The notes below the pieces were generated by a model that had not been told where the DNA came from, searched no databases, and was given only the letters and a program-made list of their open reading frames with translations. Positions 24,681-36,730 of a stretch of 64,000 nt of DNA are shown piece after piece. Source of the DNA: Octopus sinensis (taxonomy: Eukaryota); contig NC_043010.1 in NCBI RefSeq assembly GCF_006345805.1, positions 28,830,001 to 28,894,000 of the forward strand. Direction: 5' to 3'. Position 1 is the first letter of the stretch. Every line of letters begins with the position of its first letter. The position numbers were made by a program, and so were the translations under genes.

Positions 24681-26559
24681 AGCATAAAAAGTAGTATCGT
24701 CGATGGTATGTGTAGTTCATATTACTTTGCCAATGAATGTCATAAACCAGTAAAATTTTTTTAAAGTGGTGTGTGTGTGTGTCTGTATAATTAGTGTTTT
24801 TGGCATTAAGGTGAATATTTCATGTTACCAGTGGTTAATATTTATGGATAGCAGTCATTTTATAGTTATTTTACAGTTAGATTTCAGTGAATTTATGAAC
24901 AGAAAATTATTCAACCAACAGCTCAAACTGTTTAACAGTAGGTTGAGTTTATCTTATGACTAATCTGGTCAGTATGTTTTAATAACCAGTAGTCAATGTT
25001 TTGATTCTCAGTAGTCAATGTGTTTCAATGATTCCTTGGACTAGAATGTTCCAGAGCAGTTCATAAACATGTAGCTTTTGGTTATTAGTTCTCAGATTGT
25101 CTTCAATTAGTTAATGTTTAAAACATTTCAATATTGTTTTGCTTTGATTTTTTTTCCTTCTTGTTTCTGAACAATAGTTTATGATTGCATGATATCCAGT
25201 CTGTCAAGCGACAGCTGTATGTGTGTGTGTGTTTTAAAGTTTATATGTGGAATTAATTTATTTTGGGGAACAAAAGGTTGATATGAAATGAAAAAAGAAA
25301 AAGATTTTAGGATATTAGTTCTTGTGGATTGAGTATATTCAACATGCTGCTAGCTTAAGCAGTATTTGTAGTGGTGGAGGTGGTGGTGTGATGATATGAG
25401 GAGTAATGGTGTTAGTAGTAATGGTGGTGGGAAACGATGGTGTTGGTGGTAGTGGTGGTGAGAGAGTAATAGGTTGTGATAGAAATGGTAGTATGACATT
25501 GTTTAAGATACAGTGTGTGTGTGTGTGTGTGTGTGTGTGCATGTGTGTGTGTGTATGAGATTGGGATATGGAGTATATAGTAACAATAATGGGAACAACA
25601 AGTTTATTTGAAATAATGACAATAACATCAACAATAAAAGCAACTGGAAGGAAATGAATTAATTCTTAGAATATATTTTGGTAGAAGCTAGAAGAGTGAC
25701 AATCTAATTATGCAGAATGGGAATATAGTTGCATTTGTGATGATAATAGAACCATTTATCACATTCATTTTATGGTTACTTCTGAGGGGGCAAGTGAGCA
25801 GCATAAAGCATACATCATATATGGACTTAGGAATTTCATGGGATTACAGAAAAGTGTTTACATATATTGAAGACTGTCATTCATACAAATTTTAGGAAAA
25901 AAGGCAGAAAGAAATTTTGCTCCTCTGAGAAGTCATCTCAGAAATCACTGTTGCCCCCAGTACATGCAGACCTACCACTGCAATTTATAAATTCATAGCA
26001 CTCTAGCAATGGATCCCACAGTTTTCACTTATCTGTAGGCATACTGTTTTTCTAATTCTGCTATGCACATCGACACTATATGTATATACACACACACACA
26101 CATACATATATGCATGTGTGTGTGTGTATTTATATATAATGAATAAGCAAAAAGAAGAAAATGATTTGAGAACTTGGAAAAATTAAGAAAATATTTACAT
26201 TTTTAACTACATATGTAGCTACTGGTTTCTATTATTTTAAAACAATGATTGTGTCATGCTGAAACAAGAGGTAAAAATTAATCTTTTCTTTCTTCTCTTT
26301 TTTATTCTTTTATCACTTTCTCTCTAAATTATTTAATCAGCCTTCATTATTGATTGAAGACTAGGAAAAGAATTTTAAATAATGTGTAAGCTTTTCATTA
26401 AATAAAACAAACAAATATATTTTCACATTTATCTATCTATCTAGCTATCTGATGAGATAAGTTTCTTTAAGATGCCTCTGAAACTTGAAGTTGTATGGGG
26501 CCAAATGAAACTGTTTTAAATAATAATATATGTAACTCCTAAAAAAAAAAACATGATTT

Positions 26560-26790
26560 TTTCATGGCCACTGCCAGTACTGCCTGACTGGCCCTCGTGC
26601 CAGTGGCATGTAAAAGCACCCACTACACTCTCAGAGTGGTTGGCGTTAGGAAGGGCATCCAGCTGTAGAAACTCTGCCAGATCAAGATTGGAGCCTGGTG
26701 CAGCCATCTGGTTCACCAGTCCTCAGTCAAATTGTCCAAGCCATGCTAGAATGGAAAGTGGACATTAAATGATGATGATGATGATGATAT
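26560..26790 (+). mobile_element. RTE-tail SINE/LINE 3' fragment
   Basis: GTGCCAGTGGCATGTAAAAGCACCC...GGACATTAAA(TGA)n. Confidence 0.85.
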
Positions 26791-26806
26791 ATATATATAT
26801 ACATAC

Positions 26807-26880
<74 letters not shown>

Positions 26881-26931
26881 ATTTATATACACACACACAC
26901 ACACACATATGCAGAGAGAGAGAGGGATGTA

Positions 26932-27026
<95 letters not shown>
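26790..27026. repeat. (TA)n/(CA)n/(GA)n compound microsatellite
   Basis: Direct reading. Confidence 0.95.
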
Positions 27027-27030
<4 letters not shown>

Positions 27031-27519
27031 TATCCCCAAGGTTATCTGCTGTTGGAACATGACTGAAAGATTTCTCCTCATTTAAACTATCCAGAAAGTA
27101 TCTTGATTGGGACCACTTCACTTGAAGATACATGCCTATCACAGGGATTAAACTTAATACTGAATACTCATCAGTTTTGCAAGTCACTCATTGTTTATAG
27201 CAGTGAATGTATCACTGGATTGTACCTACTCAACATCTAGTGGGCTGAACTATTGTGACTGAAATATCCTGGCCACAGATACTGTGTAGTGCCAATGATA
27301 GGATATAGACCTCTATCCAATTGGAAGTGAAAGTATGGTTGGGTGTATAAGAAGTTTACTTAAGGGCCACATGGTTCTGGGTTTGATCCTCACTGCATGG
27401 TATTTAGACTAAATGTCTTCTATCAATGACTCAGGTTAATCAGTGTCTTCTATCAGAGACTCAAGTTGATCAATGTCTTGCAACTGGAATTTGAACATCC
27501 ACTGGCAGATCAAGATTCC

Positions 27520-27950
27520 TGACACTGATGTGCTTCCGTATGCCAACATCCTGAAACTATAACCTGTTGCAGAAATTGCATCTGCAATGGGCTGGTCACA
27601 TCAGATGCATGCCTGTCACTGTATCCCAAATGGCTAGTCTATGGTGAACTCTGTCGAGGAAAGTTTGCTGTTGAGGATTGAAAAGAAGAGGTTCAAGTAC
27701 TGTTTAAAAGTATCTCTAAGTGACCTCAACTTTGCCTGGGAACAGCCTACCCCAAAACCAACCAAAGTGGTACAGTCTGACATACACAAATGCGAAAGAA
27801 CTGCTGCTGAGATGAAATGTTCACCCTGCAAAGCTAGAACTATCAGTATCCCCAAGTACCACATCTTCCTATATGTGCTTCAAATTTGCAAAACCTGGAT
27901 GGGCTTAATCATTCACCTCCAAAGCTGATTAGATCAGACAGACACACGAG
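27520..27950 (+). mobile_element. RTE-BovB-like LINE 3' remnant
   Basis: Frameshifted LQWAGHIR.MP...YGELCRGK...KKRFKYCLKVSL..AWE. Confidence 0.75.
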
Positions 27951-28599
27951 TTAATCTTGAGTCTTAGTCAATTTTAACAAAGAACATTTATATAGGGACT
28001 GAGTTAAGAACTAAATTAAATATTGTAAATTTAACTTTGAAATCACTGTATTTTGAATCCAAATCTTTCTAGGGTCAACTACACATTTCAACTCTTTGAG
28101 GTTGAAAGGATGTTTGAAAAACACTTATGCTGATTAGACTGACTCTACTCCCATTTCTGCAAAAACATTTTTGTCTTAACAGAAAAAATTGAATTTGCAG
28201 TGTATATCTAGCAAGTTTGTGTATATATAAAGATATAATTTTTTTTTAGCAAGCTCACTGGCTAATCGAGACACCAACGCCTGTTCTGGCCCTGTTATTC
28301 TATATATTGCTGGTAGGGAGATGAGCCGCAACTATCTTTAGCAGTTGAGCATCCATCATTGATGAAACCAAGCAAGGTTGAAATCATGTGATCTGGTGGT
28401 CTCTGAGCTGGAGATGGTGAGAATTTATCTCTCCTCTCATTGTAACTACCACATATTAGTTTATTCTAACAATATCCACTCGATATTTAGACTAATTCTG
28501 TCACTAATAAATAAAATTTGGTGTGTATATTTAGACATTATTAGATAGCCAAATGATAAGATAATTAATATTATTGTGTTTTTTACCTTGCTAACACTG

Positions 28600-28973
28600 A
28601 TTTAGTATTTCAAACCTTAAAAGTTCCATAGCGAGGATGACATTCCAGAGGCTGGTGCAGTTTGAATGGGAAACGATGCCCCACCTACCATATTCATCAG
28701 ACATTACCCCATCTGATTATCATTTATTCTGCAGTCTCCAAAGTCATGTGGATGGGAAAAATATGAATTCTATAGATGAGGTCAGAACAGTACTGGAGGA
28801 GTATTCTTTGTCACAGACAAGTGAATTTTGGAAGAGGTGCCTTGCAAGCCAACCAGATAGATGGAAGAGCATTGTAGAAAATGAAGGAGAGTATATTTTA
28901 GATTAAAAAAGAACTTAATTTTGAAAAATAAAAGAAGTATAAAAAAACCCACATTATTTTTGGGATAACCCAA
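28600..28973 (+). mobile_element. Mariner 3' fragment with right TIR
   Basis: PHLPYSSDITPSDYHLF...WKSIVENEGEYILD; TIR AAAAACCCACATTATTTTTGGGATAACCCAA|TA. Confidence 0.88.
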
Positions 28974-28978
28974 TATAT

Positions 28979-29196
28979 ATATTGTTGTATTTTGGGATGG
29001 TCATGTTGCCAGTTTAGCCAATAAAAACACACACATTATATAATTGGTGTTCACTTGCTTCAGCTTTATTTTATATTGATTGTATTGTATAAAGTTGAAG
29101 CAAGTGACCACCAAATATATAGTGCGTGGGTTTTTATTGGCTATCCCCCAAATACAACAATATGTTTTATTGACTATCCCCCAAATACAACAATAT
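28979..29196. mobile_element. Foldback MITE with a 33-bp terminal tandem duplication
   Basis: Arms 28979-29067 and 29090-29163 are reverse complements (17-nt insertion in left arm); unit TTTTATTGGCTATCCCCCAAATACAACAATAT duplicated. Confidence 0.7.
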
Positions 29197-29249
29197 CTGT
29201 TTCAACACACGAATTCACATCAAGAATCTTGCAAAATGGATATATAAAC

Positions 29250-29287
<38 letters not shown>

Positions 29288-29668
29288 GAAAGAATGGAGT
29301 TGAACGACGATTTAACAAGATACTAAGATAATTCATTCAACTACTTATATATATATATACATAAGCATATATATACATATATATATATACATATATATAT
29401 ATACATATATATATATATAATATATACTGCATACATACATATACATATACACACAATATCATCATCATCATCATCATCGTTTAACGTCCGTTTTCCGCGC
29501 TAGCATGGGTTGGACGGGCTAGCACATATTTATATGCTACAAATGAGAAATCTGCAAGACCTTCTTAAGATTTAAAGGATGATGGTTTAAACAAGATATT
29601 TTCCTTCACAACCTTGCTACCAAATAAATGACTGGTCAAAATTAACTAAATTAATAAGAGTAAGAGAA

Positions 29669-29705
<37 letters not shown>

Positions 29706-30173
29706 TTGATAGGTAGATGGATAGATAGATAGATAGATATAGATATACACACATTATACACACTAAGGAAAACTGATTAAAAAAGTAGGATAGCAACAAA
29801 TGTATTGAGCTGCGATTTATATTCAAGAGTTTGGTTTGTTGCTCCTATGGCATATGTCAGTGAATTCTATCAGAGTTTATCCAGAAGTTCTACAAAAAAA
29901 AAAATTGTCTATATTTTGCTTGGAATATTTCACTAAACTGTAACTATTTGAAGCTATGTCTGAAGTGGAAGGAAGTAGAATTAAATATGTCTTGTTTGTT
30001 TTGATTTTCTTTTAACTCAATGAAATGAAAGATAGGGAGAGAGGGAGAGAGAGAGACAGAGAGAAAGAGAGAGAGAGAGAGAGGAATAGATACTTTGTGA
30101 CTCAGTTGCTTGATCGTGTCAGAAAATGAACTGTAAGACATGAAGAATACTCTTGAAGAAATGAAGAAATATT

Positions 30174-30596
30174 AGATCTTTTCGGTTTGAACGGCAGTAT
30201 TTTCTAGCGGTGGCATATGAAATTGTCACCCACAATTATGACCCTAGTATCGATCTATTGCATTTCAATCTGTTTTTGGGTTAGGGTTAGAGCTAGGGGT
30301 GGGGGGAAGGGTATCTTTTTTTCTTCAGAAATGTAAATAAACCCAATCTGTTTCTTAAACGAGGGACATATTCATACGGCACAGAATGTTGTTTACCTGA
30401 ATGGACATAATTGATTGGTTGAAATTGCAGAAATTGAAGAAAAAAAACAACAAATATCTTACAAACTATAGAATTTTCTCAATAAAGCCAAGAGAAAAAG
30501 ATGTTTTACAAACACATTCTACCAGTATACAAAGTTTTAAATTTTTTAGTTACCTAGCAATTATGTTAAAAACTGCCGTTCAAACTGAAAAGATCT
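30174..30596 (-). mobile_element. MITE, reverse copy of the 9310-9726 family
   Basis: AGATCTTTTCGGTTTGAACGGCAG termini; perfect 8-bp TSD GAAATATT; internal GGGTTAGGGTTAG. Confidence 0.92.
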
Positions 30597-30839
30597 GAAA
30601 TATTGCTTACAATCTTTCCAACTTTAATAATCGACCAACTCTGTCCCCCAAAACTATTTATACAAAACACTGCAGCTATTTTTCACATTTAATAATTAGA
30701 ACAAACCCTAAAGTCAGCACACATCTTGGTATCATTATTACAATATATTTATAAAACCTATACTGCCAGCATATCCAGAGGTCATTGATACCCCACTTAC
30801 ACATAAGTTGCTCAGAGTGTGTGTGTAGTGTACACACAT

Positions 30840-30923
30840 ACATAGCCTTGGGTCGACCAAAGCTTTGTGAGTGGATTTGGTAGATGGAAACTGAAAGAAG
30901 TCCATTTTGTGTGTGTGTTTGTG

Positions 30924-30956
<33 letters not shown>

Positions 30957-31185
30957 TATATATATATCTGTATGTGTGCTTCTGTTTGTCACATGCCACC
31001 CAGTGTTGGTGTGTTTACATCCTTGTAACTTAGTGGTTTGGTAAAAGAGGCTGATAGAATAAGTACCAGGCTTAAAAAATAGAAGTACTGGGGGTCGATT
31101 CATTTGAATAAAGACTTCAAAGCAGTGCCCTAGCATGGCTGCAGTCTAATGACTGGAACATGTAAAATACAAATGATAAAAGATA
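30840..31185 (-). mobile_element. SINE with internal microsatellite
   Basis: GCCTTGGGTCGACCAAAGC...GATAGAATAAGTACCAGGC...GCATGGCTGCAGTC, homologous to 11595-11990 and 33180-33510. Confidence 0.8.
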
Positions 31186-31191
31186 TATATA

Positions 31192-31399
31192 TCTATCTAA
31201 TTTCTCTATCTATCTATCTATATCTTTCGTCTAAAATCAAACTTCGTATCTTCGTTTCTCTATCTGTCTAACTATTTATCAAATTTCTCTACCTATCTAA
31301 TTTCTCTATCTATCTATCTATCTATCTTTCGTCTAAAATCAAACTTCGTATCTTCGTATCTTCGCGCCATCTTGAAGTATGCCCCTCTAATACACATAT

Positions 31400-31436
<37 letters not shown>

Positions 31437-31590
31437 CATCTACAAGCTGTAGTCCCGAGAGCAGATAAGTTGAATGCTTAACTTTTACTTCGGCTAACAT
31501 TTATTTATGTTTCTCTATCTGTCTAACTATTTATCTAATTTCTCTATCTATCTATCTATATCTTTCGTCTAAAATCAAACTTCGTATCTT
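31192..31590 (+). repeat. Interrupted tandem repeat, three copies of a roughly 60-bp unit
   Basis: CTATCTAATTTCTCTATCTATCTATCTATATCTTTCGTCTAAAATCAAACTTCGTATCTT near 31192, 31292 and 31526. Confidence 0.8.
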
Positions 31591-32095
31591 CACGGTACAC
31601 CCGCCCTGCCCACCCCCACCACCAATACCGGATATCTCTATATTTTGCTCCATCTATACTGGATGTCGCTTCTCCCACCACCATTATAGGTGTCTACTCT
31701 TCGAACCCCCCTCTTCAATACACTATTTCACCATGCATTACCCCTCTCTCGATATCCTACGTTCTACTTGCCTAGAACCTGTCATCATTTCTCTGAACCA
31801 CCCCTCCCCACTGGTGCTCCCCTATATTTCTGCACCCCCCCCCACATAAAAAGCACCATCCGAACGTGGCCGATGCCAGACCCCTCTGGCACCTGTGCAG
31901 GTGGCACGTAAAAAACACCCACTACACTCGCGGAGTGGTTGGCGTTAGGAAGGGCATCCAGCTGTAGAAACACTGCCAGACTAGACTGGAGCCTGGGGCA
32001 GTCCCGAGCTCCCCAGACCCCGGTCGAAACCGTCCAACCCGTGCTAGCGCGGAAAACGGACGTTAAACGATGATGATGATGATGATGATGATGAC
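31590..32095 (+). mobile_element. Young (CpG-retaining) RTE 3' region/SINE copy
   Basis: Near-identical to 18420-18620 tail; ends (GAT)n. Confidence 0.85.
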
Positions 32096-33179
32096 AAGGG
32101 TGCTTTTTCATTCTTGCATTTTGCCGAGGTAAGACGCAATCCCAATTTCACTTAGTTTTTTTTCCCAACCATGCCTGTGAAAATCTAGAGATAATTTTTG
32201 TGGATTTCAGAATATTTTGTATCTTATTTTTAGCAAAGCTGGTGCTTATAACAAGTGCCCTTGTTATATATAATTCTTCTATATATATCTATTAATTTTG
32301 CCTATATGGTTTAGCTTGCAGCTATTGACATTAATATCTTTAATGAGTATTAATGTTCTGTATGTTTATATATATATACACACAAACATGTACGCATAAC
32401 ATTAGTTTTAGACAGTGCTGCTGTATGTATATAGACTTCTCTTTGATGAATTCTCCAGTGAAGGAAGCCACTATTAAACTCATAACATTTCTTTCTTCAA
32501 TCAACAGAAAACTGCCAAACTGACCAGCATAGCTGAATAATCACAACATAGTTTTAACAGTTGTGAGTTCAAATCCTATTGCAGTAACCTTAGTTCTTTG
32601 TTTCCCAGATTGATAAAATAAACATTTATTATTTATTCATTCATGCACACATACACACACTGTACTTGATGGGATGTAAAATACCCTCCCCTCCCATGCC
32701 TTAAAAAGTCACTCTAGGCACTATATGCAAAGTTGGATGTACCATAAGCATTAATGCACAAACCTATTTTTACTCCTGAAAGTGCCCAGCTGAAATTGAG
32801 ATATTTCTAACATGTCCTTGTGTCTTTTATGCTATCAATTGTCTGTATGTAGATGTTTTATTTTAAATGAGAAAATCATACATACATACATGTTGAATTT
32901 CAATAAGCCATATATTTGAAATTATTCAAGTCTTAAATGTATTATTTTGAGATTCTGCTTGAAGATTTATGCATGGAGGATGATCTAAATGTATGTATAT
33001 TTCTATTATGAATTTAATACATTTATATTATTAATACTAATATTAATATTTATATTCATAAAATGTATTTCCCATATTGTCATGAAACATGTGTATCAGC
33101 ATTAAAATGATACCACATATTCAAGTCTTTTAATAAATATAGACATATACATACATATATGCCTATACCTATATATATA

Positions 33180-33510
33180 TACTCTTTACTCTTTTACTTG
33201 CTTCTCTCATTTGACTGTGGCCATACTGGAGCACTGCCTTTAGTTGAGCAAATCGACTCCAAGACTTATTCTTTGTAAGCCCAGTACTTATTCTATCAGT
33301 CTCTTTTGCCGAACTGCTAAGTTACAGGGATGTAAACACACCAGCATCAGTTGTCAAGTGATGTTGGAGGGGACAAATACAGACACACATACATATATAT
33401 ATACATATATACGACAGGCGTCTTTCAGTTTCTGTCTACCAAATCACACACAAGGCTTTGGTCGGCCCGAGGCTATAGTAGAAGACACTTGCCCAAGGTG
33501 CCACGCAGTG
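33180..33510 (-). mobile_element. SINE
   Basis: TGTGGCCATACTGGAGCACTGCC...GAAGACACTTGCCCAAGGTGCCACGCAGTGG. Confidence 0.85.
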
Positions 33511-34626
33511 GCACATATATATACATACATACATTGGAATAAATAGAGAAGAGTAATGAATTCATATTTGGCAAAGACAAGACAAATCTCAAGACTTCAT
33601 TTTGTGGTTCTCTGAACATTTAGTGAGTTGGCTCAAAGTCAAAAGAGGCTTCTAAACCAGAATTTACCAATATCAGCACTGCAATATCAACATCAATATC
33701 AGTGTATCAAAAATAACAACAAAATCCAAGAAAACAACAAAGACCACCAAAACCACTACTACAAACCTGTTACCAATGTTGGCACTGTCACCATAACCAT
33801 CACACATCATACTGACCACCAACCAAACATTTGTTCACCACAGTTACTGTCACCACCATTATTATTAGTGGCATTTTGCTTGTTTAAAATGTTATTATTA
33901 TGTACAAGTGGTCTGCTAATGACTTTAGCTGTGTTGAAGCAGATCAGTCTGATAAAAAAAAAAATCACTTCACCTCCTGTGAAATCTAACTAATATCCAC
34001 AAGATTATGGATGGGTCTAATGTCCAATGTTAAGTCAGTCCTCTGGACGGGATGATTTTGATATTTAAAGATACATGCATGCATAAATATTTACACAAAC
34101 ATACATGCATATAAGCATGTGCATACATATACACACACATATATATATATACATGCACATATACATACACACATATATGATGTTAAAATGATAATGAATG
34201 ATGATGATGATGATGATATATATATATATAAAGATGAGTTGGAAAGTAATGCAATTTTTATTTGCATTACTTTTTGGCTCAAATATATATATATATATAT
34301 ACATGCACACACACATACACACATAAATTATAAAATTTCTTTTCTAGTCTGTATTATCACAATTGATAATAGTTATGTGAAACTCTGAGTGACTTTGTGA
34401 AGTTTGGAGTTTAATAAGATAAGACAGTATATATATACAAAATCAACCTTGTCCTCCACCAACATTACCATGCAGTCATTGGCATTGACTCTTCTATGCA
34501 AGAACTGGTCTACAGAGTCATCAATGACATCACCATAAAGGAAGCGTTCAACAAAGAAGAAAATAAATTCTTGGATACTAAAGTTGCCACCGCTGATATG
34601 CATATGTACTATATATATATATATAT

Positions 34627-35285
34627 AGGTCTCACCGAGGCAATGACTTGTGATCAAGACCTTTGGAAATATGCTGTGCTCGAGAAGACCCGGCAAGCCA
34701 AGGCACAGGAGCTTGGCCTATGCCAGTGGTGTAACCAGCCCACTTAGGTGTACCTTTCTTTCATTGGACACTAAACTCTGCTTGCGAAGACCTCTTGAGC
34801 CAAGTGAAATCGAAATCAAATTCAATGACAGGACCACATGACTGGTATCTGTGCTTAGTGGAGCGCTAAGAGCACCATCTGAGTATGATCGTTGCCAGGG
34901 CAACTGACTGGCTCCTGTGCCGGTGGCATGTAAAAAGCATCATTCGAGCATGATTGTTACCAGTGTCGCCTTACTAGCACTTGTGCCAGTGGTACGTGAA
35001 AAACAACATTTGAGCGAGGGTCTTGCCATTGCCGCTGGACTATCCCCTGTGCAGGTGACACATAAAAACACTATTAAAGTGTGGCCGTTGCCAGTACTGC
35101 CTGACTGGCCCGTAGAAGCACCCACTACAATCTTGGAGTGGTTGGTGTTAGGAAGTGCATCCAGCTGTAGAAACTCTGCCATATCAGATTGGAGCCTCTT
35201 GCAGCCATCAAGCTCACCAGTCCCCAGTCAAACTGTCCAACCCATGCCAGCATGGGAAGCAGACGTTAAACGATGATGATGATGA
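34627..35285 (+). mobile_element. RTE LINE 3' end, 5'-truncated
   Basis: GLTEAMTCDQDLWKYAVLEKTR matches end of 17.5-kb RTE ORF; (GAT)n tail. Confidence 0.85.
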
Positions 35286-35620
35286 TATATATACACATAT
35301 ATATATATGTGTGTGTGTGTGTATGTATATATAAAGATATATATATAAATATATATATTATATAACCTGTACGCTTCACCTTCAAGAAATATACAGAGAA
35401 ATGGTGTTAAAAGCTTGATTTCTCTGCTCTGTAGTATACACATACGCTACAGAGCAAAGAAATTAACTATCAAGACCTTTTCACTGTAAATTTCTTGATG
35501 AAAGAGTTCTAACCTTGAAGTTTTGAAATACTAATCAACCTGTATAATTATTTTTTTTATAACTTGCATTGTTTTGGTATAATGAGTTAAAACATTTATG
35601 TATATGTATGTATGTGTGTG

Positions 35621-35680
<60 letters not shown>

Positions 35681-35784
35681 TACATATATATGTATACATA
35701 TCATGTATATATCAATAGGCATATCACACATATATATATATACATACACACACATATATATATATATACATATGTATATATATA

Positions 35785-36060
35785 TGATGATGGACTCCTG
35801 TCGAAGATGGTGTATGAGTGTACAGCTCTTGCCAAATGACCTGCACAAATGATTTGTTTATAGCGATCAAGTGTATGTGCCATTCTTTCACCAAATCAAT
35901 GTTGCCTGAACAGGTGCACTGTGTGCCATGTGTCAGGTGTTGAAGTGATTGCAGAGCAACATGAAATGAAGTGTTTTGCTCAAGAACACAATGCACCACC
36001 TGGTCTAGGAATTGAAATCACAATCTCACGATTGTAACACCATAACCACTAGGCAGTGCA
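35785..36060 (-). mobile_element. tRNA-derived SINE
   Basis: Minus head GCCTAGTGGTTATGGTG...GATTTCAATTCC...TTGTGTTCTTGAGCAAAACAC. Confidence 0.75.
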
Positions 36061-36149
36061 TTCTCACGCATGCACATACATGAATGCACATAATCGTATC
36101 AATCATATATATATATATAAATATGATGATGATATGGGTAAAATAAATG

Positions 36150-36543
36150 CTACTCCGAGTTATTGCAAGCTCTTCTGAATTCATCACAATATTGGAAACC
36201 CTTCTGTATTGTCAGTTGGTGTCTCAGGGTCACAAGTGTTTCACATCTTAGCCTGTTGACCTCAACTGATTGGGACAGCAAGAACTGAATTAGTCTTCAC
36301 CAGAATGGTTTCATTTGAGGTCTCCTGTCAACCGTAGTCATCTTGAGCTGGTTTCAGCAATCATAACTATCTCCTTGGTGGCCAGTTTTCAGTTGTCTGG
36401 ATTCTAGACCAATCTTCCGCAGGAAATAGTGGAGCGACCCTGCTGGAAAGTCACACCAGCTGACTTCAATAGGGTATGATCCCGTGTGCCATCTCATGAT
36501 ATTTATTTTCCTTCAGTTGGTGAGAAATGTGTGCGTGTGCAAA

Positions 36544-36577
<34 letters not shown>

Positions 36578-36730
36578 ATGTGAAACATTCCATAAATTTT
36601 GTTTGAGTGCTAGATTACTATTGAAGACTTCATCTCTGTGTTCTATGTTGAGGGTAAGCCAGCTTTGTGGGTATGAGAAACGATGTGAAATGGTACAACC
36701 TGGAATGAAGTCTTCAATTTCCAGGAAGCT
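36150..36730 (-). mobile_element. R2/HERO-like non-LTR element 3' remnant (restriction-like endonuclease region)
   Basis: GWHTGSYPIEVSWCDFPAGSLHYFLRKIGL resembles the PIEVGCRGF..SL...L..LG RLE C-terminus. Confidence 0.5.

Noticed and set aside
26444-26500. CTGATGAG...GAAAC hammerhead-like spacing
   Set aside because: No G-C pair closing helix II and no helix I partner
31192-31590. Repeat-spacer-repeat pattern resembling a CRISPR array
   Set aside because: Eukaryotic context, microsatellite-derived units, irregular and partly repeated spacers, no cas genes
33628-33993. 121-aa ORF rich in N, Q, T and H
   Set aside because: Low-complexity CAA/CAC-rich degenerate repeat
4019-35999. Many 60-190 aa ORFs rich in YIHT, YVCM, IYIY, ERER or SLSL
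   Set aside because: Translations of microsatellites
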